From assembly GCA_965247775.1 (NCBI GenBank), contig OZ252031.1, positions 708,072 through 772,071 of the forward strand: a stretch of DNA of 64,000 bases. The letters are read 5' to 3'. Shown here piece by piece: positions 11,175-20,928 of this stretch. The DNA is from Dehalococcoidia bacterium (GTDB taxonomy: Bacteria; Chloroflexota; Dehalococcoidia; Bin125). The position numbers and the translations under genes were made by a program. How positions within the stretch are numbered: position 1 is the stretch's first letter; every line of letters begins with the position of its first letter. Below the pieces are notes generated by a model. It was not told the DNA's origin. It made no database searches and saw only the letters and a list, made by a program, of their open reading frames with translations.

Positions 11175-11876
11175 CTAGCCTTCCCGCTTCGCCGTGAAGT
11201 TGGTCGTCGCCGCGGCCAGCCCCGCGCGCGTGAACTCCGGCGACTTGGCGTAGTCGATCACCACCCGCTCCCGGTCCTCCACCAGCTGCGCCGCTCCCGG
11301 CACCTCCTTGGCGATCTCCAGCGGGATCTGCATCGCGCCGTGGAGATCGGCGTGCATCAGGTCGCCCGGCTGCACGGTCAGCCCGCCCACGCGCACCGCG
11401 CCACCGATCTCCACGATGTGCACGTAGGCGTGGGACACGAGGACCGATTGGCTCAGGAACTGGAAGCCCAGCTCCCGCACCTCCTCCAGATCGCGCACGC
11501 CCCCGTCCGTGATCACGCCCACCGCCCCCAGCGCGCGATGGATGTTCGCGTTCACCTCGCCCCAAAACGACCCGATCGCCGGCTGGTCCAGGTCCTGAAT
11601 CACGATCACCCGCGGGGCCGGGATGGACTCCACGAACTCCCACCAGTCCGATCGGCTCCGGGACGCCACGTCCTGCTCGCCGGGGATGCTGGCCCGGATC
11701 GTGCACGTCGCCGCGTAGCCCACCATCGGCGCCATCTCCCGGTAGCGGCAGACGATCTCGGACGACATGAAGCCGCGCTCCCGGCCGCGAATGTCGAACG
11801 TTTCGATCGCGTTCGAGATCGCCGGCGTCGGCCAGCGCCGCAGCGCCGCCAGGTCGTCCGCGCTGAGATCGGTCAT
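11175..11876 (-). CDS. RraA-family protein (4-hydroxy-4-methyl-2-oxoglutarate aldolase / RraA-like)
   Basis: 233 aa with an RraA-like pattern (GAVGVITDGGVRDLEEV, GDLMHADLHGAMQIP). Confidence 0.75.
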   Translation of the reverse strand: MTDLSADDLAALRRWPTPAISNAIETFDIRGRERGFMSSEIVCRYREMAPMVGYAATCTIRASIPGEQDVASRSRSDWWEFVESIPAPRVIVIQDLDQPAIGSFWGEVNANIHRALGAVGVITDGGVRDLEEVRELGFQFLSQSVLVSHAYVHIVEIGGAVRVGGLTVQPGDLMHADLHGAMQIPLEIAKEVPGAAQLVEDRERVVIDYAKSPEFTRAGLAAATTNFTAKREG

Positions 11877-12310
11877 GCCCTGTCCCGCTCCTTTGCTCGC
11901 CGTCGTCCGGCCCGCGCGCCCGCGCGGCGCCGGGATGCTAGCAGCTCAGGCCCAGGGGAGGCGGCGTTAGACCCGGCGCTCGCTGCGGCGGCCACGCCGG
12001 TCAGCACACCGATCTCGGCGGCCGTTTCTCGTGCCAGCGCGGCCTGTTCCCGCGCCACCTTGGCGCTCAGGCCCATGTAGCGCGTCGGGTCGAGCAGGGC
12101 GTCGATCCCTGCGTCGCTGAGATACTCGCGCACGGCGGCGTCGCTCGCCAGCAAATCACGGAAGGAGCGCTCGCCGGTGGCGGCCGCCTGTGCCGCTTCA
12201 TAGACGATGTCGTGCGCCCGCTGCCGGCCGATGGTGTGGCCCAGCTCCAGCATCACCGCCTCCGACATGATCAGCCCGCCCGACAGGTCGAGGTTGGGCC
12301 ATTACCTGCG
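11873..12310 (-). pseudogene. Orphan C-terminal fragment of a fumarase/aspartase-family lyase (PcaB/ADSL-like C-domain)
   Basis: NLDLSGGLIMSEAVMLELGHTIGRQRAHDIVYEA... matches the lyase C-terminal domain. A TAA stop lies immediately upstream and the N-terminal ~350 aa are absent. Confidence 0.5.
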
Positions 12311-12590
12311 CGATGAGGCCCAGGGCGCGGAGCCGCACGCCTCGCCCCTGCGCGCCGAAAGCCTCGCCTGCCTGCCCCCCCCACGTCGTCACCGCCGAGT
12401 ACGACCCCTGCGCGACGAGGGCGAAGCCTACGCCGAGCGGCTCAAGGAGGCGGGCGTCCCCACGACGCTCATTCGCTACGACGGCCTCATCCACGGCTTC
12501 TTCGGCCAAATGAACCAGGTCCCGCTCGCTCGCGAGGCCATCCGCAGCAGCGGCGCCGCCCTGCACAATGTCTCGCGCGGGAGGCGCTAG
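12300..12590 (+). pseudogene. Orphan C-terminal fragment of an alpha/beta-hydrolase fold-3 esterase, frameshifted at a C8 tract
   Basis: SPLRAESLACLPP / HVVTAEYDP / LRDEGEAYAERLKEAGVPTTLIRYDGLIHGFFG spread over two frames. C8 run at 12375..12382. There is no N-terminal catalytic half. Confidence 0.5.
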
Positions 12591-12650
12591 CCAGAACGCG
12601 CATTCCCAGCGCCCCGCGGCTGACGCGCTGAGTTCACCGCCCCGCGTCGG

Positions 12651-13718
12651 CTAGGCCGGGTCCGTGAAGGTGCAGGGGCCGGGGTCGCGGATGAGCTGCA
12701 TGGTGTTGCAGCGGATGCCGCCGCCGTACTTGTGCACCTCGTCGTACTCCAGAGGGATCACCTCCACACCGTGCGCCTCTAGCCGCCGCCGCGTGCGTAC
12801 GGCGCTGGCGTTCATGATCACCCGGCGTGGTTCGATTGTGATGCCGTTGGTCGGGTAGAGGTCGATCTCGCCGCGGGGCACCTCCAGCAACTCGTAGCCG
12901 ATGGCGTGCAGGTCACGGATCGTCTGGTAATCGCACCAGGGCGGATAGATCAGGGCCAGGCGAGCGTCGAGCGGCAGGATCCACATGTCCGCGTGCATCC
13001 AGCCGGGGACCTCCTCGTGGAAGTCGTAGAGGGGCCCGGGGCTGCTCGCCAGGAGCACCTCCCGGTAGCCGGAGCGCTTGAGGACAGGGATCACCTGCTC
13101 CGCGCCCGCGCGATTGCAGTCCGTCGAGAGCATGAGCACGATCAAGTCGTCGCTCATCCGCACGGAGGCGCCCACCTCGCACACCCCGGTGCCGTGCACG
13201 GTGTAGAGGATCGGGCAGCCCAAGCCCATGAGGAACTGCGCCACGTAGCGCGAACGGCCGCGCCAGTACGGGGTCGCCTCGCGCGGGATGATGGCGCCGC
13301 CGTTGATCACGAACCCGGCTGCCGCCGAGATCGAGCGCTTCATCGGGCCGTAGGCGGAGCGCGGCGTCTCGTCCGACCAGGTGGAGTAGTGCACCGTGAT
13401 CTCCAGACGCTCGTACAGATCCGCCAAGGCTCGGTGCTGCCGCTGCATCAATTCGAGGTCCGGCGTCTCCCCGTTGAAGACGAAGAAGGCCGGGTCCTGC
13501 TCGTACAGCGCCCGCACCTCCGTCTCCGTCGGTCGCACCATCGCCACCTCGCGCAGCCGGCCGATGCCCTGGGCGCCCCAGCGCTTGCCCCAGATCCGCT
13601 CTAGCTCGTCCAGGTAGGAAACTTCCGCGTGGTAGCGGTGGTATTGCGGCACCTTGCCTGGCTCGTAGTACGGGAAGCCGGCGAGCGAATCATCCGGCGT
13701 CTCTGTTGCCTCCGCCAC
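12651..13718 (-). CDS. Amidinotransferase-superfamily protein (DDAH / arginine deiminase / glycine amidinotransferase fold)
   Basis: 355 aa with a C-terminal GGGIRCNT catalytic-Cys motif typical of the pentein/amidinotransferase superfamily. Confidence 0.65.
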   Translation of the reverse strand: MAEATETPDDSLAGFPYYEPGKVPQYHRYHAEVSYLDELERIWGKRWGAQGIGRLREVAMVRPTETEVRALYEQDPAFFVFNGETPDLELMQRQHRALADLYERLEITVHYSTWSDETPRSAYGPMKRSISAAAGFVINGGAIIPREATPYWRGRSRYVAQFLMGLGCPILYTVHGTGVCEVGASVRMSDDLIVLMLSTDCNRAGAEQVIPVLKRSGYREVLLASSPGPLYDFHEEVPGWMHADMWILPLDARLALIYPPWCDYQTIRDLHAIGYELLEVPRGEIDLYPTNGITIEPRRVIMNASAVRTRRRLEAHGVEVIPLEYDEVHKYGGGIRCNTMQLIRDPGPCTFTDPA

Positions 13719-13912
13719 GGCGGCCCTCTCTCTCTATGCGCGTTCGCCGGGCCGAGAGAATAGCGCCCCGGGACCTCGCACTGCCGGCGCGATACCCGCG
13801 ACGACGGCGGTGGGGTCGTCGCACCGGATCGGCCTGCCGGCCCGGCTGGGGCCGGGAGGTACTGCGGCGCCCGCCCATCCGCACGCCGCGCATCAACGCG
13901 GGCGGATGGCGT

Positions 13913-14947
13913 TCACTCGAGTGGTGCGGTGGCGAACGTGACCGAGAATGGCTGGCAGTAGATGACGGCGCTGCGGAACACACGCGCATCGACGCCCGCC
14001 GGCACGTCGTAGTTCACGGAACCCTGTGTGGCCTTGATCTCCCCGAGGTCCACGGCCCCGTCGGCGTGCACGTCGCCGTCCGCGTCGGGCGTCAGGTAGA
14101 CGTGAAGGTCCGGCCCGTTGCGGACCGCGTAGTCCTCGAAGCGGAGGATGAGGCTGCCGTCGGGCGCCTCGATCAGCCGCACGGCCCCGCTGCCGGTATG
14201 GAACGCGTCCACCCCCATCAGCTCCCCCTGCGTGATCACCTGGCCGCTCCCTCCGGGGACCGCGGCGGGCGGAGTCTCAGCGCCCGCTGATCCCGCTGGC
14301 CCCGCGTTCACTGCACCTCCGACGGCCGCGGCCGGCGTGGGCTCCACGCCGCCGCCCGGGGCGCGGGTAGCGGCCCTGCTGGAAGGCGCCGCCGCCGCGC
14401 CCTCCACACGGAAGGTCAGTTGCTCATTGAGCGTCTCACCCTCGTCGAACAACGGCTCCACGAGCCACACCGAGAGCCAGGCGAGCGCCGCCACACCCAC
14501 CGCAACGCCAATCCCCCCGGCCGCCCACGCGATCGGGTAGCGGCGTGGCCCGAACTGCACCGCACGGTCCCGCCGGACCCGGCCCGTGCCGTCCGCGACG
14601 ACGGCGAGTGCGAGCAGTCCGGCCGCCGGCATCAGCAACGCGTGGATCAGGAAAAAGCCCCCCGCCAGGGCGGCGCCCGCCACCAGGAGTCGCCCGATCC
14701 CCACGGCCGGCCACAGCGCCAGCACCGCGATCGCCGTGCCCGCCAGCGTCCCCGCCCCAAGCACGATCCGCAGCGTGTCGCCGCGCAGATCGGTGAGCCG
14801 CACCGGCCCCTCACGGAGGAAATCCGCGACCTCCTGCGATCCAAGCACGATGCCGCCCGCCACCGCGCCGGCCGCCGCGGCGAGGAGCAAGAGCGCCTGG
14901 CGCAACCGCTTCGCACGTTCGGGGTACAACACCGGGGCGCTCGTCAT
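13913..14947 (-). CDS. Membrane protein with C-terminal DM13 domain
   Basis: N-terminal TM helices followed by DM13-like GVDAFHTGSGAVRLIEAPDGSLILRFEDYAVRNGPDLHVYL...VIYCQPFSVTF. The start was chosen at MTSAPVLY; upstream in-frame sequence is non-protein-like. Confidence 0.6.
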   Translation of the reverse strand: MTSAPVLYPERAKRLRQALLLLAAAAGAVAGGIVLGSQEVADFLREGPVRLTDLRGDTLRIVLGAGTLAGTAIAVLALWPAVGIGRLLVAGAALAGGFFLIHALLMPAAGLLALAVVADGTGRVRRDRAVQFGPRRYPIAWAAGGIGVAVGVAALAWLSVWLVEPLFDEGETLNEQLTFRVEGAAAAPSSRAATRAPGGGVEPTPAAAVGGAVNAGPAGSAGAETPPAAVPGGSGQVITQGELMGVDAFHTGSGAVRLIEAPDGSLILRFEDYAVRNGPDLHVYLTPDADGDVHADGAVDLGEIKATQGSVNYDVPAGVDARVFRSAVIYCQPFSVTFATAPLE

Positions 14948-15258
14948 GTCGGTCGATTTCTCTGGTGCCGCTGCTCTGCCTCGCCCAGACGATCGCACGG
15001 GAGTCTTACAAAGTATTACGGATCTTCGAGCCCCCAGCACCCGCTGCCAGGCCCAGACCCATGCCGCTTGGCGCAGGGCGGCTTCCGCTGCGCATCGACC
15101 CCCGGGCGAGGGGCTCCGCTCGCGGGGAGAGCCAGGACTTGTTCCGGGGGGTGCGACCACCTCCGCCCTCGCCCCGCCTCGTCCGTTTCGTCCTCTAGAC
15201 TGCGGATCCGCTGACCCGCGCGGCGCCCCGTGCGCCGCCGACCCCAGGGAGTGCACGA

Positions 15259-15668
15259 TGGATGAACGTCCACCCGTCATCGCTGCCGGCGCCGTCGACA
15301 TCACCATGCGATACCGCGACGATATCGCCGGCGACGCCGGACTGTGCATTCAGGTCTACGCCAGCGTCGACGGGCGCGAGACCGAGCTTCTCCGCTTCGA
15401 CTGCTTCCAGCACGCCCCGCACTACCACTACGGCCCTGCGGCCGGCGATGAGCGTCTCATGCTCGACGCGACCGCCAGCGGCGACCCTCTGCAGTGGACC
15501 ATCGAGCGCTTCCAGCGGGGACGCCTCAAACCGATGATCGCGCGTGCCGGCTACCCTGCCGTCGCCGCTGCCCTGGACGAAGCCCTCGTCGCCTCCGTCC
15601 TTCCCCGCGTGATCAGCCAGGCGCACGCCCTCGTCGACGCGCACACCTCTGAGTCGACCGGGCCCTGA
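15259..15668 (+). CDS. Hypothetical protein (136 aa)
   Basis: Clean ORF with high GC3 and a protein-like composition (MDERPPVIAAGAVDITMRYRDD...). No family recognised. Confidence 0.45.
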
Positions 15669-15730
15669 CCGCACCGCTTCTGTGAGCCGCCGCCACCGCG
15701 GGCGGCACGGGCCAGGGAACGGGGAGCCAG

Positions 15731-17256
15731 CTAAGCGAGCCGAGGCGGCAGAGCTGCCGCTTCGCCGGGGCGCGGCGCGGGCAGGGGACGGGGGCTGGTG
15801 GAGGCGCTCAAGGGTGGGGCGGGCGCCCCACCCAGGTCAATGACCAGCTCCGGCGCGAAGCCGTTGAAGTGCTCCTTGGAGGCGTAGTCGGCGCTGGAGG
15901 CGTCCGAGGAGGCGATGCGCACGGCGGCGCCGCCGGGGGGGAGGGCGCCGCCGGCGACGAGGGCGGTGACATCCAATACCAGCCGCCCGCGACGATGGGG
16001 CCCACGCTGCCGAGCAGGCCGCCGGCGGCGAAGACCGTGTTCCAGGTGACGACGCTCTCGCTCCAGGCGGTGTCGGGCAGCGCGTACACGTCCCCGCCGA
16101 CGGGCGCGCCGGTCAGGGCATGGAGTCGCAGCCGCGCGCTGGCCACGGGCGCCCCGCCGAGGCCGCCGACGTCGAAGCGCAGCAGAGTGTCCTTGCGGGA
16201 ACTGGCGTCAACTCGCACTTCGCTGCCGGCCGCCGTAGTTCCGCGTGGGACTGCTCTGCTTGACGTAGGTGTCGTCGCTGGGCGTGAACGTGAGTAGCGA
16301 GGCGGTGTGCTCGCCACGGTGACCGTCACGATCGCGGTGTTGCTGAGCGCGCCCGCGAGGTCGGCCACTTCTTAGCTGAACGGGTCGTCGCCGCTGAAGT
16401 CGGGATCGGGGAGGTAGGTGATCTGCCCGCTCGCCGGGTCCACGAGGGTCTGGCCGCCGGTGGGCGGGGTGACCACGGTCACGGAGGCCGGATCGAGGTT
16501 GGGGCTGCCGCTGCCGTTCACGTCGAGGTCGTTCAGCAGCACGGGGACGACGACGGCGGTATCGGCGGGGGTCGTGGCGGCGTCCGTGACGGCGAGGGGA
16601 GCGGCGTTGGTGGGCGCGGCTACGCAGGCGGCGCTGCCGGCGTCCGTTTTGGGGTCGCCCGGCTCAGAGATGAAGCTCCAGTCGTAGCTGCCGGCGCGCA
16701 GCGCGATCCGCAGCACACCGAAGGTGTTGGCGAACGCCTCTACTTCCGGATCGAGGCCCGCGGCGGTCAGGCCGGAGATGTCGCGCCCGCCGGTGCCAAT
16801 GATGATCTGGCGGGGACCGCTGGGGTCGGGCAGGCCGGCGGCGTCGAGCGGGAGGTAGCGCTGCATGTTGTGGTTGTGGCCGGCGAGGTAGAGGTCCACG
16901 CCCGCGTCCACCATCAGGCACCAGAATGTCTGCAGCTCGGGGTTGTCCCCGTTCACGGAGCCGGAGGCCCAGCGCGGATGGTGTCCGATCGCGACCGTGC
17001 AGGAGAAGGCGCTGTTCTGCGCCAGGTCCGCCGCGAGCCATTGCGCCTGCGGCGAGCCGGGCCCGTAGCCGCCGGGCACGCCGCCCGCGGCGCAGTTGGT
17101 AACGTCTGGCTGAACGACGCGCCCGATGGCTCGTTCAGCGGCGTCTGGACTGCAGACGATCCTGGGCGCGACGGGGACGGCCACCTTCGACGTCTCGGCC
17201 CATGGGCCCGGGATCTTCGCCGTCGTGATCGACATATTCGACAACGCGGGCAACAC
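15731..17256 (-). pseudogene. Secreted metallophosphoesterase (purple-acid-phosphatase-like C-half) with cadherin-like and DNRLRE-like domains, disrupted
   Basis: GHNHNMQRY phosphoesterase motif, cadherin/Ig-like VLLNDLDVNGSGSPNLDPASVTVVTPPTGGQTLVDPASGQITYLPDPDFSGDDPF, then an in-frame TAA at 16369..16371, then DNRLRE-like DTLLRFDVGGLGGAPVASARLRLHAL. Further frameshift at a G7 run 15935..15941. The N-terminal phosphoesterase half is missing. Confidence 0.55.
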
Positions 17257-17584
17257 GACGCACTGGTGGGAGGGCCGCGCCGACCCCGGCCAGACCAGCG
17301 ACTACACGATCCCGTAGCGCCGGCTGCGCGGCGTGGGCCGCCTGCCGGGCGAACGCGTTGGCCGTCGCTCCGGCGTCGCACGCAACTGTAGGCGCTGCTT
17401 GGGCAGGCGGTGCCGCTTCGCCTCCCGGCGTTGGCTCCGGAGCCGTGGTCGCTGTCGCCCGCGACGGCTCGCGAGACGTGATCCGGCGTGTGCCCTCCTC
17501 GTCCCTCTCCCGGTTCCGTGCCAGGGGCGCTACGGCCCTCGGCTGCCGGCTGGGGATCCGACGCGGGCCGCCTGATGCGGGCGG

Positions 17585-18529
17585 TCAGCCGCGACTTTCG
17601 CGGCCCCCATCGACGCGCAAGGCCAGCCAGCTCACCGCAAGAATGGCGACCGCCGCCAGAATCGCCAAGCCCACAGTCGGCAGGACGGCCCCGGACGGAT
17701 CGCCGAGGCCCGTGCCGTTGAGGCCGTCCGGCCACGGCCAGAGCACCCGCACCGATCCGGCCATAAGGCCGATCAAGCCGGCCATCACGGTTTCATGATG
17801 GTGATGCAAAGCCCAGTGTAAGAGCTGCGAGAACGAGGCCAGCCCTCCCGCCGCTCCTGCGACGAAGAGGATCACTCGGACCAGGTCACGCTCCGTTACG
17901 GCGTCCAGCACAGGGCCGTACATTCCCAGGATCACGAGCAACAGCGACCCACTGATGCCGGGGAGGATCATGGCGCAGATGGCGACGGCCCCGGCGAGGA
18001 AGAACGCCCACGCGGGCGCCGTTTCACTTTGCCTCACCGTGTCCTCCGTCACTCCCTCACTCAGTCCGAGTAGTCCGAAGACCAAACCGCCAACGAGAAT
18101 CATGATCAGGACACGTTGGAAATCGGGACGGCCGATGAGCCCCCAGGCGACGACGATGGCGCTCAGCACCAGTCCCAGAAAGAGCCCCGCCATTTCCACC
18201 GGGTGGTCCTCGAGCTGCGCGTCCACGACATCGGCGAGGACCAAGATCGCCACCGCGATCCCCAGCAGCAGTGGGACCACGAAGAACCACTCCACCGCCC
18301 GGAAGCAGCGAATCGCGCCAGGCCGGTTGAGGCGCACCAGCTCGCCCAGCGCCGAACTCGCGGCCCGGATCGAGCCGAGCAGGCGATCGTAGATCCCCAG
18401 CACGAGGGCCACGGTTCCCCCGGATACCCCCGGCACGATGTCGGCGGCCCCCATCAGGAAGCCCCGCGCCATTGTCCAGATGATCGCGACCGTCGAGGCC
18501 TCGCGCGTGGAGTCGGGGGAGGGCATCAC
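17585..18529 (-). CDS. DUF368-family membrane protein (putative polyprenyl/undecaprenyl-phosphate translocase)
   Basis: Two PGxSxSG-type repeats (IVPGVSGGTVALVLGIY and ILPGISGSLLLVILGMY). Polytopic membrane protein. Confidence 0.75.
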   Translation of the reverse strand: MMPSPDSTREASTVAIIWTMARGFLMGAADIVPGVSGGTVALVLGIYDRLLGSIRAASSALGELVRLNRPGAIRCFRAVEWFFVVPLLLGIAVAILVLADVVDAQLEDHPVEMAGLFLGLVLSAIVVAWGLIGRPDFQRVLIMILVGGLVFGLLGLSEGVTEDTVRQSETAPAWAFFLAGAVAICAMILPGISGSLLLVILGMYGPVLDAVTERDLVRVILFVAGAAGGLASFSQLLHWALHHHHETVMAGLIGLMAGSVRVLWPWPDGLNGTGLGDPSGAVLPTVGLAILAAVAILAVSWLALRVDGGRESRG

Positions 18530-19059
18530 AGCGACCGTAACGTCGAGCGGATCATATAAGCGGACTCTGATGGCGGCCGGACGTTCGCCCTCATCTCGGC
18601 GCCCGCGCGAGCCGTCGGGGCGGGCCGGGGATCGGGCCGCGACCGCCGCGGAGCTGACTGACGGCGCAGGGGTGGCTCACGCCCGCTCCACCCCGCGCCT
18701 CGTGCCGGGTCGTGCGCTGTAGCCGAGGGTGGGATCGTGCGGCGGCATCGCAGGCTGCGAGCGAAACGCTGTCGATGAACAGGGCATCACGTCTCACCAT
18801 GCACTCCCAGCTCGGGGCAGCCCACGCCGCCGTCCAGCCGCCACGTGATCATCGGCGGCCTGGTGAGCGCGTGCAGGACGGGCCGCGGTCCAGATCGGCC
18901 GCCGCGCCGTGTTCCAGGTCTTCGTTCCGCGGTACCACGGCTGACGAGTGCGCGTCGCTCCGTGTGGCGATGCGCGGTCGGACGCTCAGCGTTCTGCCGA
19001 GGGGGCGGGCGGCCCCGTTGGGTGGAGCGACCAGCGACCCCGCGAGCGGGTCACGACGA

Positions 19060-20322
19060 TCAATCTCCCGCGCCCGCGGCCGCCCGAGGGTCCGCGATGG
19101 GGGCGTACTCGTCGAGAGCGGGCTTGATCTCGGTCATGAATCTCTCGAGGTTCCAGATCACGCTGTCGAGCGGCTGCTGCGCGTAATGCATGATCAAGAC
19201 GCAATACTCCGCCGGCAATTCCTGCCACTGCCGCACCATCTTGTCCCGCACCTCGTCGATCGTGCCCACGCAGTGCTGCTCAGACTCCTCGATCACCTCG
19301 GTGAAGGCGTTGACGCTGGTCTCCGGCGGCAGTGTCGTGCGGTCACGGCGGGCCTTCAGGGCCAGCAGATTGTAGAAGTTGCGCTGAATCTCAGCGTCGT
19401 ACTTGGCGGTCGCCTCCACCGCCTGCGCGTGGGTGTCCCCAAGCTGCAGCCACCGCGTCGTTGCCTGGCGCTCCCCGAATTGCACGTCGTGGCCGGCGCC
19501 GCGGGCGGCGTCCAGGTAGATCCCGCCCATCTCGGCGCCCTTCTCCACGTTCGTGAAGTACGTTGGTGTGAAGCCCATGCGGGCGCAGTACTCGACGGTC
19601 GGCACAGAGCCGCTGCTGGCGACGAAGATGGGTGGGTGGGGCTGCGTGTAGGGCGCCGGGACGACGCTCACCCGGTGGACGCGGCCGTCCTCCCCGATCT
19701 CGCCGGGGGCTCCGAACTCCTTGGTGGCCTGCGCCATCCACCAGTCCACCCCTTCCTCGTAGGGGAAGGGGATCTTCCAGAGCGAATCGTTTTGCTCCAC
19801 CGACTCCTGCGTCCAGGCGTTGAGCACCATCTGGACTTGTCGCTCAAAGATGTCCCGGTTGATCAGGTCGTCCTTGCTCCCGTCGGAGTGGGTGGCGCGG
19901 GTCCCTAAGTGCTGGCCAATGATGTTGGTCCAGCGGTCTTGGTAGCCCCGCGCGAACCCCACGAAGGAGCGGCCCTCCGTCAGGTGATCCAGGATCGCGG
20001 TTTCCTCGGCGACGCGGATGGGGTGCTGAGCGCTCATCACGTAGCCCAGCGCGCCGACGCGCAGATTCTTGGTCAGGGTGCCCCAGCGCATGTTCAGCAT
20101 GCCTGGATTGGGCCCCAGCTCGTAGCCCTCCGAGTGGAAATGATGCTCGATAGTGGCCGCGCCCCAGAACCCCAAGTCGTCGCAGGCCTGGACCAGATCG
20201 TCACAGCCCAGGATCACCTCGTGGTACCGCTCCACGTTGCGGCCAATCGGCCGCAGCGCGCGACGTTCGTCCTCGTCCACAGTGGGAATCACCGGGTAGA
20301 TCTGCAGAATGACCTTGACCAT
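19060..20322 (-). CDS. LLM-class (luciferase-like) flavin-dependent oxidoreductase
   Basis: 420 aa. MVKVILQIYPV...WGAATIEHHFHSEGYE...HPPIFV. Paralog of 22181..23449. Confidence 0.85.
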   Translation of the reverse strand: MVKVILQIYPVIPTVDEDERRALRPIGRNVERYHEVILGCDDLVQACDDLGFWGAATIEHHFHSEGYELGPNPGMLNMRWGTLTKNLRVGALGYVMSAQHPIRVAEETAILDHLTEGRSFVGFARGYQDRWTNIIGQHLGTRATHSDGSKDDLINRDIFERQVQMVLNAWTQESVEQNDSLWKIPFPYEEGVDWWMAQATKEFGAPGEIGEDGRVHRVSVVPAPYTQPHPPIFVASSGSVPTVEYCARMGFTPTYFTNVEKGAEMGGIYLDAARGAGHDVQFGERQATTRWLQLGDTHAQAVEATAKYDAEIQRNFYNLLALKARRDRTTLPPETSVNAFTEVIEESEQHCVGTIDEVRDKMVRQWQELPAEYCVLIMHYAQQPLDSVIWNLERFMTEIKPALDEYAPIADPRAAAGAGD

Positions 20323-20355
20323 GGGAACCTCTCTGCTGCGTCGGCCGGCTCGCTG

Positions 20356-20928
20356 CTAGGCGGGTCGGGAAAACGGCCGCGCGTCCACCTCCAGGGGAAC
20401 GCGCATCGTATTGATGAAGCGAGCCAGCATCCCGTAGTAGCCCGCCAGGATCGTCAGATCGACGAATCCCTCAATCCCGAACGCCTCCTGCAGCGCCGCC
20501 ACCGTTGCCTCGTCCACGGGCTCATTGTTCGCCACCAGGCGCGTGTAGCGCAGGGCGGCCCCGGCTGGCGCGGGCAGCGTCTCGGCCTCCGGCGACCCGA
20601 GCGTCGCGATCGTTGCCGCATCAATGCCCAGCCGGTCCGCCACTTCCAAGTGATGGGTCCATTCGTAGGCGCAGCGTGCCTCTTGCGCTACGGTCAGGAT
20701 GCAGAGTTCCCGCAGTTGGGCGTCGAAGTCGGTGTGGTAGCGGATGTGCTCCCCCACCGCCGCGACCGTGGTCAGCGCCCCGGGGCTGTTGCCCAATCCG
20801 CTGAACACGTTGGGCATGAAATCGACGCCGCGGGTTTCCATGATGTGTTCGAAGGCGGCGCGCTGATCGCCGGAGACGTCGGCGAACTGCGGTAGTGGTA
20901 CGCGCGTGCCGGAGGTCGCTTGCGTCAT
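20356..20928 (-). CDS. Carboxymuconolactone decarboxylase (AhpD-like) family protein
   Basis: CMD-like helical pattern with a conserved Cys/His region (EARCAYEWTHHLEVA). Start chosen at MTQATSG. Confidence 0.7.
   Translation of the reverse strand: MTQATSGTRVPLPQFADVSGDQRAAFEHIMETRGVDFMPNVFSGLGNSPGALTTVAAVGEHIRYHTDFDAQLRELCILTVAQEARCAYEWTHHLEVADRLGIDAATIATLGSPEAETLPAPAGAALRYTRLVANNEPVDEATVAALQEAFGIEGFVDLTILAGYYGMLARFINTMRVPLEVDARPFSRPA

Noticed and set aside
16953-17735. 260-aa minus-strand ORF as the N-terminal half of the phosphoesterase.
   Set aside because: The translation is Arg/Gly/Pro/Ser-rich nonsense without the GDxxY/GNHE metallophosphoesterase motifs. The real N-terminal half appears to be absent (see junction finding).
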